A stretch of DNA of 64,000 nucleotides from Cyanophora paradoxa CCMP329 (lineage: Eukaryota; Plantae; Glaucophyta). The position numbers and the translations under genes are program-made. Location of the stretch: assembly GCA_004431415.1 (NCBI GenBank), contig QPMI01000148.1:1-64000 (forward strand), in the 5' to 3' direction. Below, in pieces: positions 60,701-64,000 of the stretch. The notes under the pieces are model-generated. The model was not told where the DNA came from and made no database searches. It saw only the letters and a program-made list of their open reading frames with translations. Every line of letters begins with the position of its first letter. Within the stretch, counting starts at the first letter, position 1.

Positions 60701-61191
60701 GCAGCCGCAGGGGCGAAGGTGGGGATCCGAAGGGGAAGGGAGGGAGGGGAGGGGTAGGGGAAAAGGAGGCTATTGCAAGCTTATTAATATTAAGGGCGCG
60801 GAGCTAGGCAAGGGCGCGGGCCTATCTGGATCTCGTTGGAAGGTGGGGAGGGGTAGAGAGAGAGGGGGGGGTAGGGGAAAAGGGACCTTCTTCTCGACGA
60901 GGATGCGCGTGATGAGCTGGAAGAAGGAGTTGATGGCCTGCGCCGAAAGAGGGGGGAGGAGAGAGAGTCAGACGAGGCGGGGGGGGGGGGGGGGGGGGAG
61001 GGGGTGGGGGGAGGGGGCTCCGGGCGCGTTGCGCTTCACGAGTTATAAGGGAGAAAGAGAGCTCTAAGAGATCTAAGCTATATATAGACCCGAATCCCCG
61101 CCCTCAAATTAGTTCGGAACGGCGCACCGCGATGACCTCGTCCTCAAAAGGCCTCTGAGGCCTCTGATGAGAGATCTAAGCCCTAAGATAG

Positions 61192-61620
61192 ATTCCCCTT
61201 GTCTTCAGCTAACTATAGCTAGGCAACAAGGAAATCGCTCCAATCTGAAACCCCTGTCCTGCGAAATATGGCCCCGTTTGAAATCAAGACATCTAAGATG
61301 ACTTCCTCCTTAAGCTTAGAGCTCTAAGAGTTCTAAGCTCTAAAGATAGACCCTCTAGATCTAGATCCCTCTAGATCTCCTAGAATTTTTGTTATCGGAC
61401 GCACCGCGATGACCTCGTCCTCGGAGGCCTCGGAGGGGTCGAGCCCGTCGGGGACCCCCCCCCGCCCCGCCCGCATCGCCAGCGCCAGCGCCGCCGCCGC
61501 CGTCGCCTGCGCGCGAGCCCAAGTTGGATATCTTGTAGATCTCAAGGCCTTAAGGCCTTAAGATAGAACCGGACCGGGGCGAGTGTTGCCTAGCTATAGT
61601 TAGCTGAAGACAAGGGGAAT
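61192..61620. repeat. 37-bp perfect inverted repeat pair
   Basis: ATTCCCCTTGTCTTCAGCTAACTATAGCTAGGCAACA at 61192-61228 and its exact reverse complement at 61584-61620. Confidence 0.85.
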
Positions 61621-62669
61621 TGGAGGGCGGCGCAGGGGCCGCCTACTGCGCACGGGCCCAGGTTGGGTGTATAGAGGGCGACCGGACCGGGGGGTACACA
61701 GTCTCCTGGGGCTCTCGCATTGCCTAGATTCTTGATATAAGACCAGCCTCGGATTACTGTCAAAAGAAAATGATCTGGATCTCCGCGCACGGCGAAGCTC
61801 TAGATCTTATCTCTAGATCGATGTCTTGTAGATCGTAAGACCTGGCTTCTGATCTAGATGGCGGGGACCGGGCGCACGGCGCGCTGGATCTCGGGCTCGG
61901 GTGCCGCCTCGCTGCCGCGGCGGGGCACGGGCGGCAGCCGCGACGTCTTCCGTGCCATCGGCGGTCCCGACCCCGCAGCCTCGTCGCCCTGCGGGGCGGC
62001 TTGCAATCAGTTCGGGCGCCTTTGCTATAAAAGAGAGTAGGGCGGTGCTGCTCAGGAGGACAATTCGGGAGGATGGACGGGTGCCCCGGACCTGGCCGGG
62101 GGCTTCGGGGCCTTAAGGGATAGTACTAGGCCAGAAAGGGGCGGTGCGCAGTTGCCAAGGGATCCTGGGCCGAGAGAAGAAGCCCTAAGGGATGCTGGGC
62201 CGGCTAGAGAAGGCCAAGGGGAGCCTAAGCCTAAGCTTCAAGGGCCGAGGGACGGGAGCCTCGAGCCTGGCCTCGGATGCTGGGCCGAGAAGCCCTAAGG
62301 GATGCTGGGCCGGCCGAGGATGGTTGGTTGCTGAGGCTTAGAAAAGGCCAAGGGGAGCCTAAGCCTAAGCCTAAGGGGCCGATCGCGAGGGCCGGGGGCT
62401 GCGACTAAGGGACTAAGGGGAAGCCTAGAGCCTAAGCCTAAGGGGCCCATCGCGAGGGCGGGTAGCCTCGGACCTGGCCGGGGGCCTCGGAGACGGATGC
62501 GAGGGGCTGCTGCTGCTGCTGCGCGGGGGGCGAGGTGGGGTCAGGTGAGCCTCGGAGCTTGTACATTCCTTGGTGAGGTGAGAGGAGGAGGCGCCCTTGC
62601 GGCGCCCCTTAGAAGCTCCTGCCCCCTAGCCCCCTACCCTCCCCCCCCCCCCCCCCCCCCCCTCTCTTG

Positions 62670-63790
62670 TTCTCACCTGCTCGAAGGAGTGGCGGGCGAC
62701 GGCGCAGCGGAGGAGGGCCTCCTCGAACTCCGGCAGGATCAGCTCCTCCAGGTTGTCCTGGGGGTGGGGAGGGGGGAGGGGGAGCGTCAGAGGAGGGGGG
62801 GTCTAGAGCGAGCGGCCGGGAACGGTGCCCAGCGCTACAGCCAGATCCACAGCTAGCGGCGTCGGGAAGGGGGGGGGGGAGGTGGGGGGGAGGGGGGGGG
62901 GCGGGGACGGCGGCCCAAGGGCACCTTGGCGTGGTCGTCCGCGATGGTCACGTCTGGAGGGCGGGGGGTACGTCAGCGGGGGTGAAGGGGGGGGGGAGCG
63001 GGGACGGGTAGGGCAGCGGGCGCGCCGTCGTCTGCGGGCGAGGGGGGTAGGAGTCAGGGTCCGAGCCAGGGACCGCGATGCACAGGGGGTACAGGGGGCA
63101 CAGGGGGTACAGCTCAAGGGCGGGGGTACAGGCGCACCGATGACGGGGTCGGCCTGGCTCGTCGCGAAGGCGTCCTGGGGGAGGGCGAAGAGGGGGGGGG
63201 GGGGGGGCGGTCAGCGGGCGCGCCACAAGTTGGACCGGAGGCGCCCACAGAGAGCGGTGGCGCCCAAGGCAAGGGAAAGGCTGTGGGAAGCGAAAGATGG
63301 CAGGGCCGCTAGAGGCGAAGCGGAAGGCAAGCGGAGCGGCCTGCCCCCCCCCCCCCCCCCCCCCCCCCCCGCCACATGCTAGAGCGGGGACCGCTAGAGC
63401 TCGAGCCCGTCCCGTCCCGCCCCGCCCCGCCCCGCCCACCCCCGCGTCCCCACGGGCCGGCGCCGGCCCCGGCCGGGGCGCACCTGGATGTCCTTCTGGG
63501 AGAGGGCCCGGTCCTGCGCGGCGGGCGCGGGGGCGCCGTCAGCCCTCGGCCCGCTCGGCTCGGCTCCGACGCTTAGAGGAAGCGTGGGGGCGGGGGGCGA
63601 GGGCGAGGGCGGGGGGACAGGGGCGAATGGCGAGGGCGGAGGGAGGGACACGCGCCACCCCGAATGGCGTCCTCTAAGCGTCGGAGCCGGGGTGGGGGGC
63701 GAGGGGGGCGGAAGGGGGCACGGGCGGGCCTGGAGGAGGCCGAGGTCGCTGAACATCGCGAGGTACTCCCGGATCGAGATCTGCGGCAAG
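62670..63790 (-). CDS. Partial intron-rich gene with very short exons (ends undetermined)
   Basis: Exon-like pieces ISIREYLAMFSDLGLLQ, DRALSQKDIQ, DAFATSQADPVI, DVTIADDHAK and DNLEELILPEFEEALLRCAVARHSFEQ, bounded by AG and GT/GC. Confidence 0.5.
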
Positions 63791-64000
63791 GCAAGGCTCT
63801 GTGAGCAGCAATCCGGCGGGGGGAGGTCAGGCCGGCGGCGGGGAGGTCGGCGGGGCTCTATATAGCGCAAAGGGGTCGGCGCCGGGCGATGTACATGTCC
63901 CGTGAGCAGCAATCCGGCGGGGGGGGGGCGGCGGTGGGCGGCGGGGCCCTGTCTTCTGCTCCCGGATCGAGATCTTAGCGGCCGCGACGGCGGGCGAGGC

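Overview
Eukaryotic genomic DNA in two sharply different parts. (1) About 1-19.8 kb is moderate-GC, intron-free and gene-dense: an endogenous Polinton/Polinton-like virus (PLV) running off the left edge. It carries a putative fibre gene, two divergent penton-like genes, a major capsid protein, an A32-type packaging ATPase, a PrimPol-D5/SF3 primase-helicase, a protein-primed PolB and an RVE integrase. It also has a shared upstream motif and three copies of an iteron-like palindrome. Genes left of ~13.9 kb are riddled with frameshifts (decay or long-read error). (2) About 20.3-64 kb is very GC-rich host DNA of an intron-dense protist (introns mostly ~50-110 nt, many with GC donors); I cannot name the host from sequence alone. 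Right next to the virus is a cluster of four paralogous LRR genes. Manual splicing gives LRR-TIR-CaaX, LRR-SAM-TIR-CaaX, RRM-LRR-coiled-coil-RING and a truncated LRR-SAM: one variable sensor fused to swappable effectors, a candidate modular innate-immune receptor system. Further right are BET1, an 8xIQ-motif protein, SMC6 and SNU13, plus an inverted duplication. Its pseudogenised BET1 arm records a repeated 6-8 bp palindrome-generating insertion process that may explain the palindrome-saturated intergenic DNA. All gene models are by eye; no database searches were run.
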